Shown in pieces: positions 42,784-51,715 of a stretch of 57,165 nt of DNA. The stretch's first letter is position 1. Each line of letters begins with the position of its first letter. Position numbers and translations under genes: made by a program. This DNA comes from a virus. Location of the stretch: the IMG/VR virus record IMGVR_UViG_3300049023_000036, positions 1-57,165 of that record, one strand, 5' to 3'. The notes beneath the pieces were generated by a model, which was given only the letters and a program-made list of their open reading frames with translations, was not told the origin of the DNA and did not search any database.

Positions 42784-43054
42784 TGATGATGTTTTTTATA
42801 CTGCATAATGCGTTCAATACTTTCCTGTTCTTCATAGTAACGGCCCTGAATTCAATCGCCGGGTAATTTGAAACCAACAACGAATGAACTTCGCTGTATT
42901 GTTTCGTTCTGAACCTTATATCATTGTTTTCATCCTTGAATATATCACCAACAACAACCAAGTATTTTTTCGCAACAGGTTCAGCGATTGCACACAAAAC
43001 AGTTCTGCGTTCACCATCTTCAGCCAATTGAATATATTTTTTAGTTGTTGACAT
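42773..43054 (-). CDS. Hypothetical protein
   Basis: 93-aa ORF. Confidence 0.45.
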   Translation of the reverse strand: MSTTKKYIQLAEDGERRTVLCAIAEPVAKKYLVVVGDIFKDENNDIRFRTKQYSEVHSLLVSNYPAIEFRAVTMKNRKVLNALCSIKNIINGK

Positions 43055-43057
43055 GAT

Positions 43058-43375
43058 TTAAAGATTTGCGGTTTCTACAATTTCACCAAGTTCAAAGACA
43101 AGATGCAGCGATGATTCAAATGTTTCATCCGACCATTCAACGCGCGGTTTCCCGATTCGCAATCCTTTGCATTCAATTTTTATTGCTCTGCTTTTAGCTG
43201 AATAACCATTCATTAAATACAAATGTGTTGGAACTGTTTTGAATTTACCATCTTCAGTAAATCCAAGTTTATTCAACCAATACGATTTCAATTCGCGATA
43301 TTCTTCCTTTTTATATCCTGAAAGAATCATGTCAAAATATTTTTTCTTAATAGGCATGTGCAAGATGAACGGCAT
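43058..43375 (-). CDS. ASCH/PUA-like domain protein (tentative)
   Basis: 105 aa. PIKKKYFDMILSGYKKEEYRE resembles the ASCH N-terminal signature (F-x2-I-x-sG-x-K-x-E-x-R). Confidence 0.5.
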   Translation of the reverse strand: MPFILHMPIKKKYFDMILSGYKKEEYRELKSYWLNKLGFTEDGKFKTVPTHLYLMNGYSAKSRAIKIECKGLRIGKPRVEWSDETFESSLHLVFELGEIVETANL

Positions 43376-43379
43376 GATA

Positions 43380-43592
43380 TTAATTTTTAGAGTATGGGAA
43401 ATTTATGTTTAGCCCGGTTGAAAGAAAATGAAATTCAGGTTGTTCAGAACATAGGGAATCCATATCAGAAATAAAGGATTCAAGGAAAGTGATCGCGCCT
43501 GATTTCTTTGCCATCCTGATCACTTCAGTTCTTTTAATGATCACTTCAGATTTTGTTCTATAATCGATGAATGTGAAATATTTCTTTTGCAT
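43380..43592 (-). CDS. Hypothetical protein
   Basis: 70-aa ORF. Confidence 0.4.
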   Translation of the reverse strand: MQKKYFTFIDYRTKSEVIIKRTEVIRMAKKSGAITFLESFISDMDSLCSEQPEFHFLSTGLNINFPYSKN

Positions 43593-43602
43593 GTTTTGAT
43601 TG

Positions 43603-43950
43603 TTAGATTATATCAATATTATTTGCTTCAATCCATTCGTTCACAACGCGAACGGCTTCATCATCGCAATCAAAAACATCACCCAATCCGCCATCAGTTG
43701 AATTCAGCAATGATCTGCCAAATACTGAACACAATGATTTGAATTGTTCTTCAGTTATGAAATTATCAGATACCAAGAACGAAACAATGTTTCCATCCTG
43801 AACAATTTCTTGGTTTGCAACCGGGTTTCCATGCGTTAATATATTCAGTTCGGCATTGTATTCATGCCAATGTTTTGCGGCGTTATCGTAATCGGCAAAA
43901 ACAAAACGTTCAATTCTTTCTGATACTTGATTATGCGTGATGATATACAT
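43603..43950 (-). CDS. Hypothetical acidic protein
   Basis: 115-aa ORF rich in D/E. Confidence 0.45.
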   Translation of the reverse strand: MYIITHNQVSERIERFVFADYDNAAKHWHEYNAELNILTHGNPVANQEIVQDGNIVSFLVSDNFITEEQFKSLCSVFGRSLLNSTDGGLGDVFDCDDEAVRVVNEWIEANNIDII

Positions 43951-43952
43951 GA

Positions 43953-44162
43953 TTATTTTTTTAGAAATTCTATAAACATTGTTACAATGCGCTCTGTTTC
44001 TTTTCGATCAAATATGATCCGGTGGTTTTCTGTATCAATGAAAAATTCATGCGGATGATCCTTTTCGTTAGCTGTGCAACCAAGAGTGAATTGATCGTTT
44101 TCAATAAGTTCCGTCTTTAACTTTAATGATTTTCTTATTGATGTGAATTTCTTGATTTTCAT
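43953..44162 (-). CDS. Hypothetical protein
   Basis: ATG at 44160-44162 (MKIKKFTSIRK...). The ORF-track start at 44186 is a TTG lying in a hairpin loop. Confidence 0.4.
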   Translation of the reverse strand: MKIKKFTSIRKSLKLKTELIENDQFTLGCTANEKDHPHEFFIDTENHRIIFDRKETERIVTMFIEFLKK

Positions 44163-44204
44163 GATGATTGTTTTGAAGGGAACCAACTGTTCCCGGATGA
44201 TGAA

Positions 44205-44462
44205 TTAATTTATTTCTTCAACAAGAAAATCATTTTCATTTGCTCCATAAACTTCGCAAGCAAAAAACAATAACAGCAATGATGTTACATCTCCTGTGAT
44301 TTTTCTATCTTCCAACCATCTGCCAAACGCAACAACTGATTCTGTGTTGCTGATATTAAAATGTTTTGCATAATGATGAAAAGTATTTATCATAAACATT
44401 GGCCCAAACCCGCGCAGCCTTAAATACTTATTGATGCTGCTTTTTACTTTTACTTTTTTCAT
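44205..44462 (-). CDS. Hypothetical protein
   Basis: ATG at 44460-44462 (MKKVKVKSSINKY...). The ORF-track start at 44537 is a GTG upstream of a GC hairpin. Confidence 0.4.
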   Translation of the reverse strand: MKKVKVKSSINKYLRLRGFGPMFMINTFHHYAKHFNISNTESVVAFGRWLEDRKITGDVTSLLLLFFACEVYGANENDFLVEEIN

Positions 44463-44517
44463 TTGATTGTTTTTTTGTGCCGGGCCGAAACCCGGCGATG
44501 ATGAATGATGATTTATT

Positions 44518-44640
44518 TTAAAATTCAGGTATGACACCGTTAATGTCGTCCAATAAATTAATTGCTTCTTCTACATTTTTAAGATCGTATAATCGAATAA
44601 TATTGTTTATTTCCGCTATTGTGTAATTGCTGTTTTCCAT
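44518..44640 (-). CDS. Micro-ORF, 40 aa (tentative)
   Basis: Hand-translated MENSNYTIAEINNIIRLYDLKNVEEAINLLDDINGVIPEF. It fills the gap between two hairpins. Confidence 0.25.
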   Translation of the reverse strand: MENSNYTIAEINNIIRLYDLKNVEEAINLLDDINGVIPEF

Positions 44641-44696
44641 GATGAATGATTTGATTGTTTATGAATGCCCGGAATTTCACCGGGCGGTTCTGATGA

Positions 44697-44963
44697 TTAT
44701 TTACTAAAGAATGATCCGGTGATCAGTTCGTTATGAATGTCTTGTTTTGAAAGTCTGAATGAATATTCACGATCCAAATTATTTGCTGAAGGTGAATCAG
44801 TTCTTTGTGTAAACTTTTTACTCAATCTTTTTATTTCACTTGATGATGTGAATTTATTAGTTGCGTAATCAAGTGTGATTTCAAACGAATGTTTTGATTC
44901 GATACATTTTCCACTTAATCCCAACGATTCGCAATAACTGATGAATTGATTTAAAGTTGTCAT
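44697..44963 (-). CDS. Hypothetical protein (first early gene)
   Basis: 88-aa ORF, first after the 204-bp promoter-bearing gap. Confidence 0.45.
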   Translation of the reverse strand: MTTLNQFISYCESLGLSGKCIESKHSFEITLDYATNKFTSSSEIKRLSKKFTQRTDSPSANNLDREYSFRLSKQDIHNELITGSFFSK

Positions 44964-45005
44964 GATTTGATGATTTTGATGTGATTGTTTCGCTTTCGTT
45001 TCACA

Positions 45006-45034
45006 ATACTACGTGTAACTAATGAGATACACAA
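45006..45034 (-). promoter_or_regulatory. Candidate sigma70-like early promoter TTGTGT-17-TAGTAT
   Basis: Minus strand: -35 at 45029-45034, -10 at 45006-45011, 17-nt spacer containing the inverted repeat GTGTA/TACAC. About 43 nt upstream of the first early ATG. Confidence 0.4.
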
Positions 45035-45111
45035 CTATTTTTGAAAATATTTTTGGCGCGGATTGAAAATAAATCATAAACCATTGATTTTCATATCGTA
45101 TTGGCTAAAAG

Positions 45112-45147
45112 AAAAAACCGCCCGGAAACGTGATCCGGGCGGTTTTT
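45112..45147. terminator. Bidirectional-looking intrinsic terminator ending the late (lysis) operon
   Basis: AAAAAA-CCGCCCGGA-aacgtga-TCCGGGCGG-TTTTT, 20 nt after the endolysin stop. Confidence 0.75.
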
Positions 45148-45166
45148 ATGTAAAAAGTTCAATATT

Positions 45167-45544
45167 TTACCCGTTCCAACGTGCAGGTTTCGGCCTGACA
45201 TCATAATGCACGAATCCTTTATATAAACCCAACCCGCCATCATGAACCTTACCTTGTTTGATCAGCTTTTCAATTAATGTATGCAATTGTTTAGGTGAAA
45301 GATTTTTTGTTGTTATATCTGCTGCCTTTGCGAGTTTATGTTGTGAATCACTTGCGCCGCCTATTTTCTTATTATATGTCGGCGTTCTGTATCCTGATGT
45401 AATTGGCAACGGTGCGCCGACTGCATCCCGGATTATCTGAAGATTTTCAGCAAGTTTCTGAACATTGCAAAGTAGATTATCAGGAACGGGTGTTCCATCT
45501 TTACATTTGAATTCATCAAGATGAAAGTTTTTAGTTAACTGCAT
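45167..45544 (-). CDS. Endolysin, peptidase M15 (zinc D-Ala-D-Ala carboxypeptidase-like)
   Basis: 125 aa. SGYRTPTYNKKIGGASDSQHKLAKAADI (H-x6-D) plus VHYD. Last gene of the lysis cassette. Confidence 0.8.
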   Translation of the reverse strand: MQLTKNFHLDEFKCKDGTPVPDNLLCNVQKLAENLQIIRDAVGAPLPITSGYRTPTYNKKIGGASDSQHKLAKAADITTKNLSPKQLHTLIEKLIKQGKVHDGGLGLYKGFVHYDVRPKPARWNG

Positions 45545-45556
45545 GATGTTTGATTT

Positions 45557-45964
45557 TTATTTTGAAAAATATAATGCCGATGAAGTTGCAACAACGCCGC
45601 CGATTATCGCCAACCATTTATGAAATCTTTCGCGGCGGATTTTCTTATTTGATTGATCGATTTGTTTAATCAAATCTTTACTGATCGCATCCTGATTATT
45701 GAACATCAGGTTCATCCTGTCAATGGTTCCTTTTTGATCATCAATGATCCGATCCTTCATCTTCAGAACTGAATCATAAATTGAAATCTTCTCCAAGGTC
45801 AAACGATGAACAATTTTCAACTGATCGAATTCAATCAGTTCTTTTGCTGTGAACCTTGCAACAGGAACAGGCAATTCAACTTTATCTTTGATTGTAACGA
45901 TCTGTGAAAAACTGTTCAAGCTGATAAACATTAAGAGTATCAAGAATGATTTTTTCCTTTTCAT
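45557..45964 (-). CDS. Lysis accessory protein with a signal peptide and C-terminal TM (spanin-like topology)
   Basis: ATG at 45962-45964 gives MKRKKSFLILLMFISLNSFSQ.... Coiled middle part. C-terminal WLAIIGGVVATSSALYF. There is no Cys, so no lipobox. Confidence 0.5.
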   Translation of the reverse strand: MKRKKSFLILLMFISLNSFSQIVTIKDKVELPVPVARFTAKELIEFDQLKIVHRLTLEKISIYDSVLKMKDRIIDDQKGTIDRMNLMFNNQDAISKDLIKQIDQSNKKIRRERFHKWLAIIGGVVATSSALYFSK

Positions 45965-46229
45965 AATATTCTTTTGTTCTGATGATTTCGCGATCAATGG
46001 TTTTCATTTCTGTAAATAACGAATCAACTTTTTTTTCGTTTTGAATTTGTCGTTCCCTTGCTAACTCATTTTCAAAACGAAGGGAATCGTTTTGTTTGTT
46101 CAGGTAATCAATCATTTCATTTTTATACTTTGGTTGTTTTACTGCAATCCAAATCAACAACAAAATGATTCCAACGATACCCGCAACAATTCCGATTCCC
46201 TTCCAATTATAACCTTTTAAGTCGATCAA
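45882..46229 (-). CDS. i-spanin-like protein (N-terminal TM plus coiled coil)
   Basis: 115 aa with TM segment GIGIVAGIVGIILLLIWIAV followed by a charged helical region. Its 3' end overlaps the next gene by 83 nt. TTG start. Confidence 0.5.
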   Translation of the reverse strand: MIDLKGYNWKGIGIVAGIVGIILLLIWIAVKQPKYKNEMIDYLNKQNDSLRFENELARERQIQNEKKVDSLFTEMKTIDREIIRTKEYYEKEKIILDTLNVYQLEQFFTDRYNQR

Positions 46230-46461
46230 GTCCCCAAGAGATGAAATAAATCAAACCAACCGTTGCAAGGAAAACGGCGAATCTGATCATCCATTTTTCA
46301 TCCACGAAAATAACCAAGGCAATCATAACAGCAACGCCCAATGCAGCGCGCCAAACAATTTGATTCCAATCAAATGTTTTTTGATATTTCACATAAACGG
46401 CGAATATCATCAACGCCGCGCCGATAAGTATCGGCCAAAATAAACTCCAATCCCAATTCAT
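46207..46461 (-). CDS. Holin-like protein (3 TM, charged C-terminus)
   Basis: 84 aa with three hydrophobic spans and a DRLKRL tail, within the lysis cassette. Confidence 0.55.
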   Translation of the reverse strand: MNWDWSLFWPILIGAALMIFAVYVKYQKTFDWNQIVWRAALGVAVMIALVIFVDEKWMIRFAVFLATVGLIYFISWGLDRLKRL

Positions 46462-46488
46462 GATTTTAAATTTTGATGTGAATTAAAG

Positions 46489-46767
46489 TTAATCCTTTTT
46501 TTCTTCTGCATTCGCTTCAGTCAATGTTCCTATAATCTTTTCCTTGTTTGCTGAACCGCGTGATGATCCAAAATAATATTGGACAATCATAATCAAAACA
46601 GCCATGTTCCCTGTTCTTATTTCTGCAATATGTTGATTGTCATTGAACCATCCGCGTAATATCAGGATGTTGGTTCCGAAACAGGAAACAAGAACAATTA
46701 TCGCCAATACATTCTGAAAATTTTCTTTGAATCCCGCAAGGAATGCAATCAGTTGTTTTTGAGTCAT
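46489..46767 (-). CDS. Membrane protein (2 TM), holin/antiholin candidate
   Basis: 92 aa with VLAIIVLVSCFGTNILIL and GNMAVLIMIVQYYFG and a charged C-terminus. Confidence 0.45.
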   Translation of the reverse strand: MTQKQLIAFLAGFKENFQNVLAIIVLVSCFGTNILILRGWFNDNQHIAEIRTGNMAVLIMIVQYYFGSSRGSANKEKIIGTLTEANAEEKKD

Positions 46768-46771
46768 AAAA

Positions 46772-47044
46772 TTAATGTTTGATAATATTTGAAATTAGTT
46801 CCCATGTACCAACGCCCGCCGGGAAACTCATTCCGATAACAATCCATAATGCGCGATCACGCCATTTCTTCAGCGATGAAACATCATCCTTGATTTCATT
46901 GATCAATCCAATCAATCCATTATCATTCCTATCAAGATGTTTGTTCCCGGTTAATAATATCATTATGCGTGAAAGTAGTTCTGTATTTTTTGAATTATCC
47001 TGAACAACTTTAATCAATAAGTCCTCGCGTTCCCTTTCGTTCAT
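46772..47044 (-). CDS. Tail-anchored membrane protein
   Basis: 90 aa with C-terminal ALWIVIGMSFPAGVGTWELI. Confidence 0.4.
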   Translation of the reverse strand: MNEREREDLLIKVVQDNSKNTELLSRIMILLTGNKHLDRNDNGLIGLINEIKDDVSSLKKWRDRALWIVIGMSFPAGVGTWELISNIIKH

Positions 47045-47047
47045 CGG

Positions 47048-47872
47048 TTAAATTTTTATAGGGTTAAATGATCCGGCATAAATGGGCGGATTCAAACCAT
47101 CGTAAGGATCACACAACCAACGCCAACAACTATTTTTTGAAGTTCCTGCATTCGCGGAACCAACAAGTGAAACATCAAACGCCGGGTTCCATATAACAGG
47201 CGAATGCGCTTTTTGGTACGTGATTGTTAACCTGTGTTTCCGGCCCTTGGTTGCGATCCAATACGCTCGCGCAAATCTTGCGTGTGTACCGGAATTATCA
47301 TCAAGTTCAGAAAACCATAACCATAAAAACGAATCATTGTTATCGTTATACATGGTATATTCAGGATGCCGGGTTAAACTCAAATCCGTTGGCGATAATA
47401 TTAATCTTTTCTTAATTAGTAAATGCCTGTAAGGCGATGTTCCATGATAAAAATTGAAGAATCTTTCCGGGCCTCCTGATATTGCTGAAGTATGAAAACG
47501 CATCCATGAATATTCTTCAGTCCAAGGAATTCCAATTGTTTGAATCACATGATCAAGAACAGAATTATACTGTGATGTTGATCGAAGTGAAATCATAAAC
47601 AGAATGGCCACCTTGATGATTCTTCCATTGTTTAAATGAACGCGACCATCCCAACCCAACGCGGATGCGACCAAGGAACCGGGCCGCAAATTTCCGACTT
47701 CAGGCGCGGTATTTTCACCATTACCCAACCAATGAACATGAAGATGCGAATCAGGATCGTTTGCATTCCAACCAATCGGTTCATAATACCTCCAATCCTG
47801 CCCGTTCCAATTAAATGTAACATTAACCCCTTGTTGAACTACTAATGCCATATAAACGATTTTAAGGCGCAT
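47048..47872 (-). CDS. Hypothetical protein, possible alpha/beta-hydrolase esterase (weak)
   Basis: 274 aa directly after the spike genes. HVHWLGNGEN (oxyanion-hole-like) and HTSAISGGPE (A-x-S-x-G nucleophile-elbow-like). Motif-level guess only. Confidence 0.45.
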   Translation of the reverse strand: MRLKIVYMALVVQQGVNVTFNWNGQDWRYYEPIGWNANDPDSHLHVHWLGNGENTAPEVGNLRPGSLVASALGWDGRVHLNNGRIIKVAILFMISLRSTSQYNSVLDHVIQTIGIPWTEEYSWMRFHTSAISGGPERFFNFYHGTSPYRHLLIKKRLILSPTDLSLTRHPEYTMYNDNNDSFLWLWFSELDDNSGTHARFARAYWIATKGRKHRLTITYQKAHSPVIWNPAFDVSLVGSANAGTSKNSCWRWLCDPYDGLNPPIYAGSFNPIKI

Positions 47873-50800
47873 TTACGCGCCTGTGTTTTCTGAATACCAG
47901 TTACCAAGGTTATCCACCTTTAACCGCCAATATGTGCCATCCGGCGAACGCTCAACAATACCCTTTGTTGTATCGTTGATAACAATATCCTGCGTATGTG
48001 TTTTTAGCGCGGTTATATTGTTCCCTGATACATCATTTCGATTCACGTATGAACCGACAGTTATTGTTGGTTGACCATTTACGCCGCTTCCATTTGATAC
48101 GACAATCAAACCGTTTGTTCCAAAAATTTCCCGGTTGATTAGAGTGTTATCACCAATGCGAACCATGAAACCATTCGCATTAGGATCAAGCAACGGCGAT
48201 CCAACCGCCAAACGCCAAGGATCACCATACGCGCCCGTACCCGCGAAATCATTCCCATCAAAATATATATCTGTTCCACCGCCTGAAGATGTTCCACCGC
48301 CGCCGGATATTGCCGCAATCCATCCCAAGGTTGTTGCACTCACAACGCCCCAAATCTCGCCAACATTCCCGCGCGGAACCCGAACCAAGTTTCCGTTCGC
48401 ATCGGTGTAATACATGTCCGCCGCCTCCGTTGTACCAAGATCGATTTTCGTTCCTGCTCCAAGGGTTTTATCCTGCATCGTTTGCGCCGATGTTTTATCG
48501 ATAATATCTGAACCAACATTCAAAATTATATTACCTGAAATCCCATCGGGATTAGTAACACCAATTCTGTTTGTTGTTCCTTGAACTGATCGCGCGATTG
48601 TTGATCCCGGTTCTGTTCTGATCATTATACCCGATGATCCCGGATCACCAACGCCGCCTGAAGATGTTCCACCCCCTGAAACATATCCCGCATAAATATT
48701 ACCTGCATTATCAGTAAGAACAGAACGATTTCCGCCGCCCGCCAAGAAATCAAGTTTCATAGAATTCAGCACATTCAAATACCCGGCTGATTGATTATAA
48801 ACTTTATTTGTAATCGCGGATTGAAAACCGGAATCAGTTAACGCTACATCCGCGCCGTTTATGACTGCTTTGGTGAATGATACTGTTGCGCCTGAAACTT
48901 TGTAAAGAACTTTATTCAACGGAAATGATCCATATTCGGGAATATCTTTTATCACCAAATTTGATACGGTGATTGCATTGGCCCCGGCTGTATAGAAAAT
49001 ATGCCTGTTCGCGCGATCTTCAAAATCAAATTTGATATTTGATAACATCAAATCACGCGTTGGTGCGGCGTTAGTTGTTGTTTGCATTATTGCGAACCTG
49101 TTTGATGATCCACCCGCCGCAACAGTACGATAAACATTCGCCCAATCATTTATCAATCGAACAACGAATAAAGAACCTTCAATGATAACCCGGTTTACAT
49201 TGCTCCAAGATAACGCCGCCGTTCTTGCCATGTAAGAATCGAACGATCCGCCTTGTATGTTTAAAATCGGATCATCAACAAGTTTCCATTTTGTCGTTGC
49301 AACGTCCGGTGATCCATCTTCAGGAACAACATCCGCAATTGATTCATAAGCCTGATAATTATATGATCTGAAAGTTCCTGTTGCATAAGTTCCCGCGCTC
49401 CATGCTGAAGGAAGTGTTCTTGAAAATACGATTGCCGCGTTTGTGTTCGCTGATGGCAATGATAATGATGATATGTTTGATGTGTTCGCAAATTTGGGCC
49501 AAGGTTTCACGCGGTTGTTTATCCAATCGATTTGATTGCGGAACCTGATATTGAAAGTTCCCATTGCATAGAAAAAATCATTATTAACCGCAAGGATATT
49601 ATTCAGGTTATTAAAGAATGATGAAGATGATGCAAGCCCATTTCTGTAAATTCTATTATTATACAATTTCAGGAACTTTATATGCGCCCCATATCCTTCA
49701 GAACCGATTGATTGTCCAATCAAATCACGATCAATAAAAATATCATTGTTATCATATGTTATATCATGAATATTTCCATCATACAATGTTGATAGATTGT
49801 AAGCATATATAACATTATTTGAAACAGATATAGGATAAACAGAATCACCCGCATAATTTTTATCAATAAATCCCGCATCCCTTGCAACTGATGCCGGGAA
49901 ATACATCCAAGTACGGCGGCGTATATCGAAATAAACAAATCTTCCAACTTCAATTGATCTCCATTTTGCGCCCGCCAATCCATTCGTTGAAATATCTGCT
50001 GAAGGTGATAAATCATCAATCGTTGTTTTGCGAACGCATTGATACATTGTTGCACCATCTTCGACAAGTTTGCCTGAAACATATACACCCGCAACCCAAT
50101 CATCAACGGTTGTGATGCCTGTCAATTCTTTGAACCTTGTCAAATCATTGATGTAATACATCAACTCGCGGTTCATTGCTTCAACATCTGATGAAACAAT
50201 CTGTTCAGCATATCCGGCATTCATTAACTTGTTACTATTGATATTGATGAACGTGTTTGTGTTCTTAATATCAACGATGCGATACAATGCGGATTTTTCA
50301 ACAGCGTTGTTTGTTATTGTTGTGGCCCCAACATTATTTGAATTACCTGTTTTGATGTGAAACATTGTCGGAATGGACCACACTAAACCAACACCTTCTT
50401 TTTCAGGATACAATTGTATGTATGGAACAATTGTGTTGTTATCAACAGAATTTCCGTTTCCTGATAAATAGAAAATTGATCCGGTACAGTTTATGATTCT
50501 ATTATTCCTGAAAGATGCTTTTCCATTACCGCGCATGATGTGATGTCCGCCATGACTTACGGGCGAATAATGACAGCAATTTTCAAATAGATTGTTGTCA
50601 AAATATGAATTGGTTTTATTCGTGTATCCCTCTGCATCTTCTGAATCATCTGTTGTTGATGATCCCATTGGTAAATAAATAAACAGTTCAGTAAATGTGT
50701 AACAATCACGAATGATATTCCCGGTAACAACCAAATTCCTTGTTGGCGGAATCTCCCAAAAAATACATGTATGAATATATGAACACTCATTGTTGGTGAA

Positions 50801-51709
50801 CTTGATGTTCTTATAACAGAATGATTCACCATCCTGAAAATGATATGCAGCCCCTTTAACAAACCCCTGCGATTGAATTGCTGATGCCTGATATTGCCTA
50901 TCAAGTGCATTAACCCTGATCACATGTTTGAAGATACAATTATCAATTTCGTAAAAATCCTGATCAGGTTTTGTGATATTATACGGCGTGAATAAATAAA
51001 ACGCGCAATCATAAAATTGAATGTTTGAAACCTTGAAGTTCCCGGAAAACTGAAATCCTAAACTTGGTGCATATCTCGACCATACACCCCCCGACCTGAT
51101 CAAAATTGTTCCAACAATATATTTGATTGCAGTATTATAAGGAAGATTTGAATGTGTATATCCGCCTCCGCCAATTGTTTCATTGGTTGCAGCAACAACA
51201 TATTTCCCATCAATACCCGGATCAGGTTTTGTTACATCAAGTTCAGTCAAATAATTTGCCGCCTTGATTTCAGCGAACGTTGCAACTGAAGGAACACCCG
51301 CAACAATTTTAATGTAATCATCAATATCAATCGATGATCCTAATGCGCTCCAACTTGCATCGATTTGCCCGGTAACATTCACGCGATAAAAACCATCAGG
51401 TTGATATTTCGGAAAAGATAAATCAATTCTTTCCGGGATGCGGAATGTATCGCCCGACCATGCCGTTGTAATTATTGTTTTTTCTTTTGATTCACCAATC
51501 AATTCAACGTAATCAAACCCAACGTTGTTATAAAACGTTTTTGGAAAAACATATGTTCCATCAGGAAAGAAAATTTTCCTTCCTGTTGCCCTTGCAAGTG
51601 CAATGATTTTATCAAGTTTGGATTGTGAAATCAATTCATCTGCCGTTCCTTTCAAACCAAACTTCAGAACATTAATCCATTCCGGGCGCGCTCGTAATTT
51701 ATTTGACAT
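47873..51709 (-). CDS. Tail spike/fibre with a right-handed beta-helix (pectate-lyase-like) domain
   Basis: 1278 aa. N-terminus WINVLKFGLKGTADE...IFFPDGTYVF. Repeated N-N-x-I-x-x-C rungs (NNECSYI, GNIIRDC, NNRIINC). The C-terminus has two similar modules after GGGTSSGG linkers. Confidence 0.8.
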   Translation of the reverse strand: MSNKLRARPEWINVLKFGLKGTADELISQSKLDKIIALARATGRKIFFPDGTYVFPKTFYNNVGFDYVELIGESKEKTIITTAWSGDTFRIPERIDLSFPKYQPDGFYRVNVTGQIDASWSALGSSIDIDDYIKIVAGVPSVATFAEIKAANYLTELDVTKPDPGIDGKYVVAATNETIGGGGYTHSNLPYNTAIKYIVGTILIRSGGVWSRYAPSLGFQFSGNFKVSNIQFYDCAFYLFTPYNITKPDQDFYEIDNCIFKHVIRVNALDRQYQASAIQSQGFVKGAAYHFQDGESFCYKNIKFTNNECSYIHTCIFWEIPPTRNLVVTGNIIRDCYTFTELFIYLPMGSSTTDDSEDAEGYTNKTNSYFDNNLFENCCHYSPVSHGGHHIMRGNGKASFRNNRIINCTGSIFYLSGNGNSVDNNTIVPYIQLYPEKEGVGLVWSIPTMFHIKTGNSNNVGATTITNNAVEKSALYRIVDIKNTNTFININSNKLMNAGYAEQIVSSDVEAMNRELMYYINDLTRFKELTGITTVDDWVAGVYVSGKLVEDGATMYQCVRKTTIDDLSPSADISTNGLAGAKWRSIEVGRFVYFDIRRRTWMYFPASVARDAGFIDKNYAGDSVYPISVSNNVIYAYNLSTLYDGNIHDITYDNNDIFIDRDLIGQSIGSEGYGAHIKFLKLYNNRIYRNGLASSSSFFNNLNNILAVNNDFFYAMGTFNIRFRNQIDWINNRVKPWPKFANTSNISSLSLPSANTNAAIVFSRTLPSAWSAGTYATGTFRSYNYQAYESIADVVPEDGSPDVATTKWKLVDDPILNIQGGSFDSYMARTAALSWSNVNRVIIEGSLFVVRLINDWANVYRTVAAGGSSNRFAIMQTTTNAAPTRDLMLSNIKFDFEDRANRHIFYTAGANAITVSNLVIKDIPEYGSFPLNKVLYKVSGATVSFTKAVINGADVALTDSGFQSAITNKVYNQSAGYLNVLNSMKLDFLAGGGNRSVLTDNAGNIYAGYVSGGGTSSGGVGDPGSSGIMIRTEPGSTIARSVQGTTNRIGVTNPDGISGNIILNVGSDIIDKTSAQTMQDKTLGAGTKIDLGTTEAADMYYTDANGNLVRVPRGNVGEIWGVVSATTLGWIAAISGGGGTSSGGGTDIYFDGNDFAGTGAYGDPWRLAVGSPLLDPNANGFMVRIGDNTLINREIFGTNGLIVVSNGSGVNGQPTITVGSYVNRNDVSGNNITALKTHTQDIVINDTTKGIVERSPDGTYWRLKVDNLGNWYSENTGA

Positions 51710-51715
51710 ATTATT

